DNA from: Phoronis australis
Lineage: Eukaryota > Animalia > Phoronida
Assembly: GCA_002633005.1 (NCBI GenBank)
Contig: NMRA01000469.1
Coordinates: 235,573-299,572 of the forward strand
Direction: 5' to 3'
Length of the DNA: 64,000 bases
The notes beneath the pieces were generated by a model, which saw only the letters and a list, made by a program, of their open reading frames with translations, ran no database searches and had not been told where the DNA came from. Each line of letters opens with the position of its first letter. Position 1 is the stretch's first letter. Below are positions 1 through 12,610 of this stretch, piece by piece. Both the position numbers and the translations under genes were made by a program.

Positions 1-628
1 GACAATTTGAAACTTTAACGATATCAGGTGTTTTGAAGGAGCTGCGCACAATAACAACAGTTTTCATGTCTTTTAACACTGTTGTGAATACCTACAATTT
101 TCCAAAGTAGTTTCTGTGCTTATGGTACACAAATTGAACATGGCATTAATTTAATGCTACGACGTATCTTTTATATAAAATTAGACAACAGCATTTTGCA
201 TTCAAAATTTGACTGTGCGCAACTCTTCCTACATGTCTCAAGGCATTTTAATACTTTCAAAAGTATTACTACGAAGTGCATATCAGAGTAAGCAGACAGA
301 AACCACAACAATACGAACCCACATAAGTAGGCATATAAAAAAATGTCTGTCAATAGAAGTGAAAAGTAAAGCAGTTACATTATGCGTTAGATCAAGGAGA
401 ATGATATTCATGCGCATACCCAGCCTTCAATATGGGGGGCTCGAATTCCCAACGTTGTGGAACTTTTGGTAACAAAATAGCTGGCGGACTAAAAAAAACA
501 GGCACACCACTGTGAACTGCGCGTTTGTGCTTGTTTAGTGCACTTTTGTCTCATTTTCTCAGACTTTTTGTTTCTCACAGGCAGACCTTTTTGCCCACTG
601 GGTGCGCGCACGATATTAATCAACATAC

Positions 629-864
629 CACACCCATCCTATCATTCAGTGTTATCTCAGATCTTGGTAGTTGGAACCACAAGAGACCAACTACAACAGC
701 CAGGACAAAAGACTGGGATATTTGGAGTTTGGAGAGAATTCTTGGACGAGACTGCTTGAACGTTCTCATAGTAAGTACTGTCAACTGAGTAAAGAAAGAG
801 ACTGGCCACTTGCCATCGAAGTGGTACGAGCTTTCATTATGCGGCAGGAATGATACTCGACTTT
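629..864 (-). CDS. ABCG half-transporter, coding exon 9 (linker, amphipathic helix, TM1); gene continues beyond left edge
   Basis: Acceptor tctctttacag|AA AGT (phase 1); translates ESRVSFLPHNESSYHFDGKWPVSFFTQLTVLTMRTFKQSRPRILSKLQISQSFVLAVVVGLLWFQLPRSEITLNDRMGV; donor gtatgt at 628. KWPxSFxTQ...R and TM1 GLLWFQ...DRxG are typical of the ABCG ABC2_membrane region. Confidence 0.88.
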
Positions 865-1678
865 CTGTAAAGAGACTCCAGCCTTTGACTTGGAATGCCA
901 CAGGTAGAATACGCTAAAAAGCACAGGTGCCCGAAAGGTAATAATCCACCATCTCGATGCAGCCTCTGCTGCTGCTGCTATGTAACACATGATTACACTG
1001 AAGAAACAGAGTTGGATATTTTTAGAAATATTGCATTTTGAGCACCTGTGCTTGAAGGCAACAAAGTTTATTTATTACTGCGACTAATTCTACAATTACT
1101 GCAAAAGTACTGTACAATTGTATTAAAAAGAATGCAGATTTTAGTATTGCATGTCTAAAACAATTATTGCTGTCGTGTCCTCAGTGGGAAAATTTAATTG
1201 TCAATAAAACTTGTGCAGACAAACAGAGAAGCCAACATGGAATAGGACTGTCCTGGATTACACTGCAACACTCTAATTCAATGTCACAGTATTTATCCAT
1301 AATGTTGCAACATCCATCAAGCACCTAATATTGGTCTTGTTTTCATGCCAATGTCAACAAAATATTATTGCTGTCAATTGTAAACCAAATAGAATCCCCT
1401 TTCTTGAAGACACCTGTTTAATTTCTGTACTTTTAAGCAGGTTGAAATCGAGAATATTTCCATGGCCATACACCTCGACGGTTTCGGACATGACCTGTAA
1501 TAATGTGCCTGACATTCCAAAATGAGGCCAATGAAAACAACGCTCTTTTGTACCTTGGGACAAAGGGGAGTACTGTCGCTCAGTGTAGTCCCGTAGATCA
1601 TCCTCCAGGTAAAGTTACCAAGTGACTACAAACCATTTATTAGAACATTTTATGAACAGAGATTACTTAAACTCTAAC

Positions 1679-1845
1679 CTTTATTGTCATCCATGTGCAT
1701 AACAACATCTCCATTCAGCGTGTCCATCATTTCATTGCCATAGCAACCATCACTCAGTTGCACCTTTATCTCATTTGCCTCCATACTTGATAAGCTCACG
1801 CTAGACTGTGACTGCTTTATCAGATTGAAATTGCTGTCTTTCAAC
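1679..1845 (-). CDS. ABCG coding exon 8 (low-conservation NBD-TMD linker)
   Basis: aatgcag|G TTG AAA ... AAT AAA G|gttaga; open frame (R)LKDSNFNLIKQSQSSVSLSSMEANEIKVQLSDGCYGNEMMDTLNGDVVMHMDDNK; phases 2/1 match both neighbours. Confidence 0.72.
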
Positions 1846-2144
1846 CTGCATTTAACAACAAAGCCATGTGTACTACAATTGACACACAATTTCTGTGTTT
1901 CCTTAGCAAAAGTTTAATTTTTAAGTCACAATGAGCGCAGTTTTCATCCTTTTGTATTTATTCCACATGTAACGCCAACACACGAAGCTTGAATGGGAAG
2001 GTACACTAACAGAAGATGCAGTACAAAATATTTAGCAGGATAAATATTCATAAGTAGAACTTGCATCAAACCTCAGCAAGTATTTTATTAGCTTAGGGTT
2101 CTTTCTCAAGCGTTTATCTATGTCTCATGTTTCTCCCTTTTAGA

Positions 2145-2247
2145 CAATAGTCAAATGTGACATGCTCACATATTGAGAACCAGTTTAAAGATGGTGGATA
2201 AAACTGGTTCTCAAAATGCAGGCACGTTACAGTATATTCGACTATTG
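2145..2247. mobile_element. ~105-bp hairpin mini-MITE (copy 1; others at 13082-13185, 27061-27109 core only, 55556-55660)
   Basis: Ends aatagtc...gactatt with inner inverted tgagaaccagtt/aactggttctca; same layout at four loci. Confidence 0.7.
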
Positions 2248-3039
2248 CCCAGTTTTGGGTAATCATCAGGGAGTAAGTGATTAATCAATAATAATGTTGG
2301 TGGCACTTAAAATAAAAATCAATCAGTAAGCATTACATAAGATGCAACATTCTTGGGATTGACTTTTAACTGAACTGTATTAACATGAATGGAGTGACAG
2401 CGCTCCACGTTTAGTTAAATGCCAAGCTGCATTTGGCAACCTGGCCAAAATCCCAGGACGCTAAATGAAACATGAGGTCGCCAAAACTGAAAATCTCATG
2501 TGTCCAAATCAATTCCGATCTTTGCTATCTTATCTGGCGTATAAAAGTTCGTTGACAAAAAAAAGAAAAGGTCCAATGGTCGTAGTGACACCCACTCCGT
2601 AAATGCCCAAGTGCAGGCGTACCATCAATCTCTAACTCAAGTCCTCCCACCAGCAATCGAACAAAGTTGTTTCTTGTGCCTATATTAGTAATAAATCCCA
2701 TGATACTGGTTAAATGTTGAGTGCAGAAAGTCATCATTGTGCTTGAAAACAAGCAGATGTGTCCAAGCTACAAATGGTTCTAAACAGACAATCGAAAGGG
2801 TGTAATTTTTCTCCCTCATTAAGAAGCTCATTACAATACTTTATTTGATAAACATAACATCAAGCCATAATGCTTAACATTTTATTGATGACCAGTATCA
2901 TTGAGATCATGCCAACAATCTGAGACGCAATGACATCAACAATCGACACCTCCTCATGGGTGTGAATACAAAGCACAACAACTAAACATCAACCAAAATA
3001 TAACTGATAACGTAATACTGTACTCGCATCGGTTATCAC

Positions 3040-3289
3040 CGCGGCTTGGAATGACTAATGACAAAAATGAGGAAAATTTTCCAGGTGATGTGTAGTTCCA
3101 TAAATACATAATTAGGCTTGTGTGACAGAAATATTTTTCGCGTTGTAAAATTTAATTGAAATAAATGTTTTTGCATCAAAATAATAATGATAAAAAAGAG
3201 ACGAAAAAAGGGTAAACTGGAAATCAAATAAAAAAGAAATAGAAACCTAAAAAGGAAATCCTCTAAAAAGAGAAAAATTCCAAGCCCTG
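3040..3289. mobile_element. Degenerate hAT-like MITE, same TIR family as the adjacent element
   Basis: Left cgcggcttggaatgactaatgacaaaaa, right aaattccaagccctg. Confidence 0.55.
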
Positions 3290-3296
3290 TATCATC

Positions 3297-3802
3297 CAGG
3301 GCTTGGAATAACCAATGACAAAAAAAGCGGAAACTTTGAAACTTTTCCGGCCCAAATCATGCCCGATAACCAGCCTTGAAATGTGGACCTTTCCCCGACA
3401 AAAATTGGGAGGACTAAAAAAGAAAAAAAAAATGTTACCACCATCAGTAGCATGCGTCTGCGTGCTTTTAGCTCGCCCGTCCACTCCCAACCCACACATT
3501 TTTGGCTGCAGAGCGGTAGTATTTGCCGCCGCGCTTAACAATAACACGAGACGCCATTGAAAATCACACCACGCTGTCCCAGATGCCCCGGCAATGTTGA
3601 CAATTTACGTTCCTCCGAAACATAAAGAGCAACTTCCGCTTTTCGAGGTGAACGTCGTCTGCAACGCCGCGGTACGAAAGGAATTTGCCGCGGAAATTTT
3701 ATATCAAATCCGATTTTTTTACGCGGAAATATTATAAAAAAAGCGGAAAGCACATTTGAAAAAAGCGGAAATCCGCGTTTCCGCGGAAAATTCCAAGCCC
3801 TG
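3297..3802. mobile_element. hAT-like MITE with CAGGGCTTGGAA TIRs
   Basis: Perfect 12-bp TIR CAGGGCTTGGAA...TTCCAAGCCCTG; right half is near-identical to 49951-50217. Confidence 0.8.
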
Positions 3803-4007
3803 ATCACCATGACTTTTAAATTGAATGGTAAAATAAAAAATCAAGTGATGGCTGTTAAGAATTAGGAACATGGACGTTAATGTGGTTGAGTATCGTAAAT
3901 TTAAGCACAATTGTACAGCATTTTGCTTTAAAACATAGAAGAGCATGGTCTATTTAACAGCTGATGTTTGCAACAGATACAATACCTAACACTGTATCGC
4001 TACTCAC

Positions 4008-4071
4008 CTCATCTCCTTAGCAGCCTCAATAATACGTCTTTGCACTTCTTCTGTGTCTTTAACTTTTTCCA
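4008..4071 (-). CDS. ABCG coding exon 7
   Basis: tttcag|TG GAA AAA ... ATG AG|gtgagt; completes NPADFI-L then EKVKDTEEVQRRIIEAAKEM(R); phases 1/2. Confidence 0.85.
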
Positions 4072-4239
4072 CTGAAACACAAGATTTTCAAATGAACAAC
4101 ATTGATCACTCAAGCCCAGGAACGGCAGGAGCAATGTGAAGGTTTAAAATGGTACGCTTCTATGGGTGTTAATTATTGTCATACAAATGGCCACAACATG
4201 TTTATGATGCAGAATACTACAAACCAGTCAGCTGAAAAT

Positions 4240-5390
4240 TGGAAGGCGTCATCTCCACACCAATAGAAGGTAGTAATTGGATTCGTCCATCTGCTGTCTA
4301 GTTAATAGGAATACACTCGCCAAATTTCACAAAAAACAGGTTTAGAAGATACAGTCACAGATGTAAAAATGACACTAGGAGGCACCACAATGATTGGACC
4401 CATCCGAAAATCCATGTCAGTCATGCTCCTGTCAGTGAGAATACATCATTCTTAACATTTTCAAGATGATCCTCTGAACAGTTTGGCAGACAGAGTCAAA
4501 CAACAAAAACTAGACACGAAAAATTAAAAACAGCCTACAGAATCTATCCTCTGACACAGCGCTATCTAAACTGAGAAGTGGCCCAGTGGAAACATGCACA
4601 TGCCTTCTATGCATGGTGCTTTGGGCTCAGCCATGGTATCGGGGTCCCTTCATTTTGTTTATTTCAATCATTGCCTGTTTTAATAAATTGCAAATATTCA
4701 AGTCAAAGGTGGTCGCCATACTGCATAGCAGTAATCTGAAAGGGGTTTTCCAGATTTCAACCAATGGGAATGACTGAATGTTATGACGTCAGTTTAACAA
4801 ATGAGAGGCCATGATAAACAAAATTCCACAGTGCTACTTTTTGTAGCATAGTGAAAGAGTGTATACAGAAGCAGGCAACAAAAACAGACTTAGAAATATT
4901 TAAAACGGCCATTAGGTGGCACAGATTACGTCAAATCGGTTCCAAAAAAACTGTGTAGTCATCTTCATTATAAATACTTGTTTTCTAAATTTCATGAAAA
5001 AATATCAAGGAACTCTGAAGATACAAATTAAAGCAAAGGGGACACAGTGGTGGTCAGAATCGTCGAAAAAGTCGTGGGCAGCCATAGTCGAATTTATAGA
5101 CTCATCATAGTCTTCTCATCAGGAACACACTCATTAAGTTTCATAATGATCCTTTGAGCAGTTTTGGCAGATAAACAGGCGGATGACAAAAAATATATTA
5201 AAAATGGGCACTAAAGGGAGCAGTATAAGACAAATCCGTCTGTAAATAGAAAGGCATTCTTGTGTCCTCAAGTACAAACCTATCTGCTGAATTTCACGAA
5301 AATCGATGAATGGACTCCAAAGATATAGATACAAAAGCAAGAACAAAATAAAACTGATGATAGCGGGCACAGTTATAGTGTGATTGACTT
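4240..5390. repeat. Degenerate ~150-bp repeat array of the HINE family
   Basis: Recurring cactaggaggcac / ggccattaggtggcac and aaatttca..aaaat blocks as in the better-preserved arrays. Confidence 0.6.
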
Positions 5391-5395
5391 GAAAC

Positions 5396-5700
5396 CAAGA
5401 GTGTAGTCCAATAGGAGTGTTCACTTGTGAGTTCCCTATTATCGCTATTACTAGCGCCGCCAAGTAGTGAATAAGCAACAGTCAAATACAAAGCGCGAGG
5501 AGAACAATGGGGAAGGGCACCTTTTGCAGCGCAATAAATTGCCTAGAACTGTCATTTTTTACATTTCCTAAGGATCCAGAAAGGTAAGGATTATTTTTTA
5601 CTCAGTAATATGATACATTGTCTTTCATTTTGTGTGTTCTGTCAACGGTTAGAAAACAAGTCGATCAATTAGTCCCCATGCCACACAAAGTCTGCAGTGT
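5396..5700 (+). mobile_element. 5' end of P-element/THAP-type DNA transposon; THAP exon 1 at 5507-5583
   Basis: ATG 5507 gives MGKGTFCSAINCLELSFFTFPKDPE(R)|gtaagg (THAP CxxxxC...FPKD start, internally deleted); homologous to the inverted copy at 34301-34597. Confidence 0.75.
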
Positions 5701-5857
5701 AGGCTACTGCACAGCCGGGATGCCGGCTGAAAGACTATGATTAACAATATGATCATCATCTTGTTTGGACATTTGCAGTCCATGTATTCTAAATCAAAAT
5801 GTCAACATGTAAGTCACCCAAAGGATCAGAGGGATAATTTTAGAAAAACACACCCAT

Positions 5858-6027
5858 GGCCATATTAGAGTGGTCATATTAGAGTGGCCATATTAGAGTG
5901 GTCATATTAGAGTGGCCATATTAGAGTGGCCATATTAGAGTGGCCATATTAGAGTGGCCATATTAGAGTGGCCATATTAGAGTGGTCATATTAGAGTGGT
6001 CATATTAGAGTGGTCATATTAGAGTGG
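5858..6027. repeat. 14-bp tandem repeat (catattagagtggY)n running into a gap; resumes at 6954
   Basis: About 12 near-perfect units visible. Confidence 0.95.
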
Positions 6028-6100
6028 NNNNNNNNNNNNNNNNNNNNNNNNNNNNNNNNNNNNNNNNNNNNNNNNNNNNNNNNNNNNNNNNNNNNNNNNN

Positions 6101-6953
6101 AAAAAGATTTAAATGTGTGCAGTTTAAGTGTTGGGGGGTGGGGCTCAAATCCAATTTCAAGTGTCAAATTCGGAACACGGCGCATTCGTAACGGAACTAT
6201 GGCTAAGTATAGGCTCTCCCGCGATATCCCAAGCGACCGGCAGTGGCGCTGCGCACTACGACTCCATTTCCGTCGTCTGCTCCACTGTGCAATGAAGAAA
6301 AATTACTTCATTTTTAACGAAAATGGAACCTGAGTGACAATGAAAAAACAGAAGCTGCTGGTAAGATGTGAATTTTAATGGAAGCCTTAGTGAATCACTC
6401 AGAAACTCGAAATACTCTCTTTGTCAAACCTTATCTTAAGACGATTTCCAAAGCAATCCCGTCATTATTGCCAACACGAAAAACGGATTTGGTCTTTTGG
6501 GCATTTGAAGACTATTTTAAATATGACAATTTGTTAAGAATCGATGGCACAAAATATAAAACGTGTAATAAGCATTACAAAAAGAAGTAGGTTTCGCGCG
6601 CAAACGCTGTGGACCATAAACAAGTAGATCTCTTAGTAAGAGATTAGTATTTAAATCGTGGTGGTGTAGTGCTAACGCACGCGCGCTCTATCTGCCAGGT
6701 CGTGAGTTCGAGTCTTAGGTACTTGCAGTTTTTCCTGTTTGACACGTTCTCCGTGTTTTTTTTTTTGCCTTTTTTTCTTGGATAATACTTCAGGAATCAA
6801 GGAAAATGCCTGATTTTTAGAGGTAAAAACAGAAAAATTTCCTGGCCAGGAGGGTCGGTGCTATGCGCATCTACAATCGTGGTTCAGTTTGCGCAAATGT
6901 TTACAGCCGAACAAAATGTTGCCCCCCCTTGTGATATCCTAGATCCGCCACTG
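6101..6953. mobile_element. hAT-like non-autonomous element inserted in the 14-bp array (left end in gap)
   Basis: Right end ctagatccgccactg (reverse complement CAGTGGCGGATCTAG), immediately followed by atattagagtggtca of the minisatellite. Confidence 0.6.
6658..6720 (+). other. tRNA-derived (SINE-head-like) Pol III promoter remnant
   Basis: A-box-like tggtgtagtgc (6662) and B-box gagttcgagtc (6704) at tRNA-like spacing; no complete cloverleaf. Confidence 0.45.
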
Positions 6954-8673
6954 ATATTAGAGTGGTCAATATGACCACTGACACCACCATATTCACAGCT
7001 ACAGGGCCTTAAATCTATCTATGAATTTGTGGGTCTCGGTGAAAAAAATCGACATATAGAGGGTTGAAATTTTGATCAAAGCCAAGCTAAATTATTCAAA
7101 ACAAACCATCAAAAAGAATTTTATTTAAAAATTAACCTTTCTAGAGAAAAAAGTCCCCATTTTCTCAATTTAGATGTGGAATCTTGCCGATGAAAGTGTA
7201 AACTGCAAGTTTTGGTATTTTCACTCCTATTGAGGAGCGCTTGTGTGATTTTTGTACTGTCCGCATCCCATGCATAGAGGATGAAATACATTTTTATTGC
7301 TCTCGTGTTCTCTACACTGATCTCAGAAAAGCCTTATTTGCAGGTCACATTGCTGAGCTAAGGATTCAGATGCAGTTTGCTTCTTGACGAAAAACACTTC
7401 CATGAGTAAATTTGTTTTCAGCTTTAATTGTAATGCATTTCTTTGGCGAAAATAGTTGTTAATTACTAGTGAATTGATAGAGTGAGAAAGTTGGTCAGAT
7501 TTTCTTGTTGTCACGGCATATGTGTTGACTTTTTTGTATGTTATTGGACATTGTGATTAATATAAGACCCAGTAGTGGCTAGGTTATTGGATGTTATCTT
7601 GTGGTCAGGCTGTTAACCTTACCTGAAATATTTACTGTTGTAGGTATGAAATAAAATTTTGGTCTTTTCATCACTATCTTTTTAGTTCAGTTTTGTATGA
7701 AGTTGTGTGGGTAGTGAATATTTTGATCGCTGTTCAGTTCCTCTTAAAATATTTTGTCATCATTTTGCAACTTGAACTTGTTATGAGTGATGATATACTC
7801 AATGTTTACGTTTTATAAGTTGTGAACTATTATACGGATTAGCAACTGACTTGTAACTATTAGTGCTTATAGGAGAGTGGGGAGTTAACCCTGTACTGGC
7901 GTGTCACTATGAAGTAATGTTCTAAAATTATAAGTGAGAGTACATCAGAATGGGTTGCAATTTTTTGGTAGTGAAGATTGCCTTGCTTTCTTCTTCTTAC
8001 TATTTGTGTAACACCCACTGCACAAAACAATGTCTACACTGCTAGTAGCCTGGTGCATTGAATAGGAAACACATGGAATCAGTAGTGAGCTGGGAGCACT
8101 GTAATGGAACGTTGGAAAATACTCAGGATGCTACTGACATAACCACAGGGGCATGAACACCAGTCATTACAAAATGTCCAGGGGTGCATGCACAAAACGA
8201 GGGCCAAATCTTATCACCACTTCAGCACGTGTTGTCAATGGTCAGGGTGATCTACCAACCAAAATGTGTGACAATGGGAGGGGCTCAACGCCCATGTGGC
8301 ATACTCCTGTTTTTCCTGTTTTGCACTCCTGCCATGCACTCCCTGGAAGGGGATCAACACACATTTGGCGTCCAGCTGGTTTTACCCGATTTCCACTCCT
8401 CCCATGTACCCCCTTCCAGGCAACTGGGGCAACTGCCTCCTGAACCCCCAAGAACAATGACTAAAATTATGTATTCCATGGAGATATGAAATGTAATTAG
8501 GAATGGTAATTTGCCTTATTAAAACTCAAACATGAACCAAACCATGGCTTTTGAAGGGAGCTTCAAGAAAATGACAGCAAAAATCTTACTGTCTATTACC
8601 CTTTAATACAGACAAATTTCCATTTGATTATAACTGACGATGGTCAGAGAATAGACCGATCGAAACGTCGTGA

Positions 8674-10366
8674 CAGTGTAAATAGACAAGAGGTCGGTGT
8701 AAATAGATCACGAGATTTTCAATAATAGTAGTACACCACCACCTCAGAGCGGTTTTAAAAAGTCATGTAAATAATTGTATTTTACGCATTATTAATCACA
8801 CAGTAATTTCACTGCACGTTGAACGTCATTAAATTATGAACTTATCAGTGTTTAGATGGTTCAGACTCCTGCTGCTAAATTAGGGTTGCTTAGTCGCCGC
8901 TTGGGATGCTAGTTTTTCAACCGATAACCATTTCGGCGAATGGCAAGATGGCGGAGTAGAACTTCCTATTGTACCACACCCCTTGTTGAACCTCATTGTC
9001 ACCTGTTGTCATCTTCATAGGAGAACATCCAACAAATTTCACAAAGACCCTTTAAAGGACTAAGGAAATATTGCTGAGGATGCAAAATAACAAAAATTGT
9101 CACTAGGGGGCACCAGAGTAGTTGAACCCACCTGGAACTAATTGTCAGCCATGGTTTTCTCATCAGAACCACAACTGCCAATTTTCATAATGAACGTTTG
9201 AACGGCTAGGCGGATAGAAAATTAATGTGGACGTCAAAAATATACTAAAAAATTTTTAAATGGTCACCAGGTGGTGCAGAAAACCTTAAATCTGTCCATC
9301 AAGAGTAATACTAAGCATTGAAGTGCATCCACGAATGCAAACAGGGTGTTTCTAGAGGTGTTCATTTGTATCATAAATGGCCACTAGGTGGTGCAAAATA
9401 CATCGAATCCATCAAAAAAACGGGAACATGTCATTGTTTCTTTAATAGTAGTTAATTACCAAATTTTATAAATATCTGTTGAGGAACTTCAGGAAAAAAC
9501 TGAAAAAATGAAATTGCCANCAGTGTAAATAGACAAGAGGTCGGTGTAAATAGATCACAAGATTTTCCATAATAGTAGTACGCCACCGCCTCAGAGCGGT
9601 TTTAGAAAGTCATGTAAATAATTGTATTTTACGCATTATTAATCACACAGTAATTTCACTGCACGTTGAACGTCATTAAAGTATGAACTTATCAGTGTTT
9701 AGATGGTTCAGACTCCTCCTGCTAAATTAGGGTTGCCTAGTCGCCGCTTGGGATGCTAGTTTTCCAACCGATAACCATTTTGGCGAATGGCAAGATGGCG
9801 GAGTAGAACTTCCTATTGTACCACACCCCTTGTCGAACCTCATTGTCACCTGTTGTCATCTTCATAGGAGAACATCCAACAAATTTCACAAAGACCCTTT
9901 AAAGGACTAAGGAAATATTGCTGAGGATGCAAAATAACAAAAATTGTCACTAGGGGGCACCAGAGCAGTTGAACCCACCTGGAACTAATTGTCAGCCATG
10001 GTTTTCTCATCAGAACCACAACTGCCAATTTTCATAATGAACGTTTGAACGGCTAGGCGGATAGAAAATTAATGTGGACGTCAAAAATATACTAAAAAAT
10101 TTTTAAATGGTCACCAGGTGGTGCAGAAAACCTTAAATCTGTCCATCAAGAGTAATACTAAGCATTGAAGTGCATCCAGGAATGCAAACAGGGTGTTTCT
10201 AGAGGTGTTCATTTGTATCATAAATGGCCACTAGGTGGTGCAAAATACATCGAATCCATCAAAAAAACGGGAACATGTCATTGTTTCTTTAATAGTAGTT
10301 AATTACCAAATTTTATAAATATCTGTTGAGGAACTTCAGGAAAAAACTGAAAAAATGAAATTGCCA
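8674..10366. repeat. Near-identical direct duplication (8674-9519 vs 9521-10366) separated by a single N; probable assembly/haplotype artefact
   Basis: The 846-bp copies differ by scattered SNPs and the junction is exactly an N. Confidence 0.85.
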
Positions 10367-11588
10367 CTAGGAGGCACACCGCTAGTCGGATTCATCTGGA
10401 AGTTGTTGTGATCCGCTGTCAACTTCAAATAAATACACTAGGCAAAGCTTAATTAAATAAAGATCTTGTAGTGTTTTTAGAAGATACAGCTATGGGCGCA
10501 AAGAAACAACAAAATTGCCAATCAGAGACATCATACTAAGCAATGTCATCAGAAAATCATCGTCAACTGTCCCTTTCACACTCAGAACATATGTCAATTT
10601 TCACAATCATCTTTGGAGTGGTTTGGCTGATAGTGGGGTTGACGCCAAGTACAGACTAGAAAACAGTGAAAACGGCCATTAGATGGCGTAAAACATGTTG
10701 AATCCATCCGAAAAATGTGGACATGTCATCATTTTTTAAAAGAAAGCTATTTAATCAATTTTTAAAAATTATATAATAAAAGAACTTCAGAAAAACAGAG
10801 GAAAATTGAAAAAAAATGAAACTGCCACCAGGGGGCATAATATTAGTCGGATCTGCCTGAAAGTTGTCATCATCTATTGTCAACTTCATATGAATTCAAC
10901 TGCAAAATTTAATAAAGATCTTGCAGTGGGTTTAGGAGATACAGCTATGGGCGCAAAAAGAAACAAAACTGCCACTAGGAGGCACAACAGTAGTAGAAGT
11001 TGTCATCGTCAACCGTTCTCTTCACACTAAGAACATGCCAATTTTCACAATCATCCTTAGAACCGTTTGATTGACAGAGGGGCAGACGCCAAAAAACAGA
11101 CTCAAAAACAAGAAAAATGGCCACTCTGGGTGCAAAACGCCTCGAATCCATCCGAAAACGGGAGGACAGTGTCATCTCACCAATATATGGCGATATGCCA
11201 AATTTTATGAAACTCGGAGCTAGACATAATTGTCACTAGGGGGGCACACTGGTAGTCGAATCCATCCAAAAGTTCGCTCATGCCGTCCTATTCACGGAGG
11301 GAACACATGGTCATAATTTCATGAATATACATACATAGTTATTCAACGGGTTTTGCTTGGACTTGGGGCGATATCGGCGTAAGAACTCGTGTTTCTTATT
11401 TGCAATTGTTAGAATTCCCAATCTGTCAGTGTATTTAAAGTTTTGAACGCTTGCTATTGGTGTATGCCCTTTGAACTTCACCATTATCTTGGGCGTTGTC
11501 TGGTAAATTGACTTGTTATATACATGGTACAGCAATATGTAACGTGTAAATTTGAATATAGTTTTTTGTTACATTTCAGTTTACCTGA

Positions 11589-11621
<33 letters not shown>

Positions 11622-11790
11622 CACTACTACTACCACTACTGCTGTCACTTACACTGCTGACAATAAAAGAGTAAAGCCCTCCAAGCCTGTTTTGTTTTGC
11701 TCCAACAGTCTTGGAGATAGAGCAGCGGACGCAGGACGGCTGGGGATGACGGCATAATGTGTCCACATTTAGATAATGTGGGCGCATCAA
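9840..11790. mobile_element. HINE-type element: internal ~150-bp repeat array with terminus at ~11720-11790
   Basis: gccactaggnggc-like motifs at 10227, 10363, 10517, 10675, 10824, 10971, 11120; terminus cggacgcaggacgg...atgtgggcgcatcaaaa. Confidence 0.7.
11588..11641. repeat. (ACT)n microsatellite
   Basis: Direct reading. Confidence 0.95.
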
Positions 11791-12015
11791 AATGGACTCC
11801 CAGAATATATTGATAAACGCAAAAAAATCCACTAGGAGCACAACGTATTTGGATCAGTCAGATATTCATTATTGGCTGTCGTCACCTCCATACTAGGAAG
11901 CATTCGGTAAAACTTCACACAGCTCCGAAAGTCAACATCAGTCATGGCCTTCTCATCAGGAACACATCTGCAAACTTTTATAATGATCCTTAGAGCAGTT
12001 TAGCAGATAGAGAGG

Positions 12016-12610
12016 CTCACTGGTTCCCTGATTATCTGCTAGGGGTAGAGAACACACAGGTGTCATTTAATTTTTCTTGGGAATTTTTTTACACCAGCAT
12101 TTCTGATTGGCTGGTCCAATTCTCAACAGGTAGCGCTTTACGTAATACACTGCCATGACTGATGGAGGAAGTGTACAAAGTAAAGCGGACATAGTTTGTG
12201 GTCTGTTGTACAGACATATCCCTGCTTAATTCATGTTCATGAAATATGAATCAGAAAGTTGTGGTTGTGCCTTTTCGCAGTGCATTTCTTTACTGTCACT
12301 GACTTTTGTTTAAGTTGCTGTCCCCTTGTATTCACACAATCTGAATAACACACCTGTTAAATCGGCCAGTTGTGTCTGCATTGTATGTGCTTCAAGCACA
12401 TGGCTATTAAACATCACTGCAGAAATGAAACATTTGCTGTCACGACACTTGCATGACAAGGCTAACAATCGTTCACAGTGTGCCATTTTCATTCTTTGTT
12501 GTAAAACTAACCAATGACTGCAGAGGTTACGTCAACCAGTGACAAATTTGTTCTATTGAATGATACCTGCATGTTCTCTACCCTCTCGCGGACATGCACA
12601 GAACCAGCGA
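12016..12610. mobile_element. Non-autonomous DNA element with inverted termini; inverted homologue at ~57080-57572
   Basis: Termini ctcactggttcc...gggtagagaaca..cagg and cctgcatgttctctaccc...gaaccagcga; body aligns in reverse with 57080-57520. Confidence 0.7.

Noticed and set aside
865-1630. Extra ABCG exons or acceptors at 997, 913 and ~1625
   Set aside because: Joined to the phase-1 donor at 1679 they give stops or the wrong frame; acceptor 864 fits without them.
8674-10366. 846-bp tandem duplication with a duplicated 60-aa ORF
   Set aside because: The copies meet exactly at a single N and differ by a few SNPs, as expected for two haplotypes at a contig overlap; the ORF is repeat-derived.
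11524-11757. Poly-Thr mucin-like ORF
   Set aside because: Translation of an (ACT)n microsatellite within repeat-derived intronic sequence.
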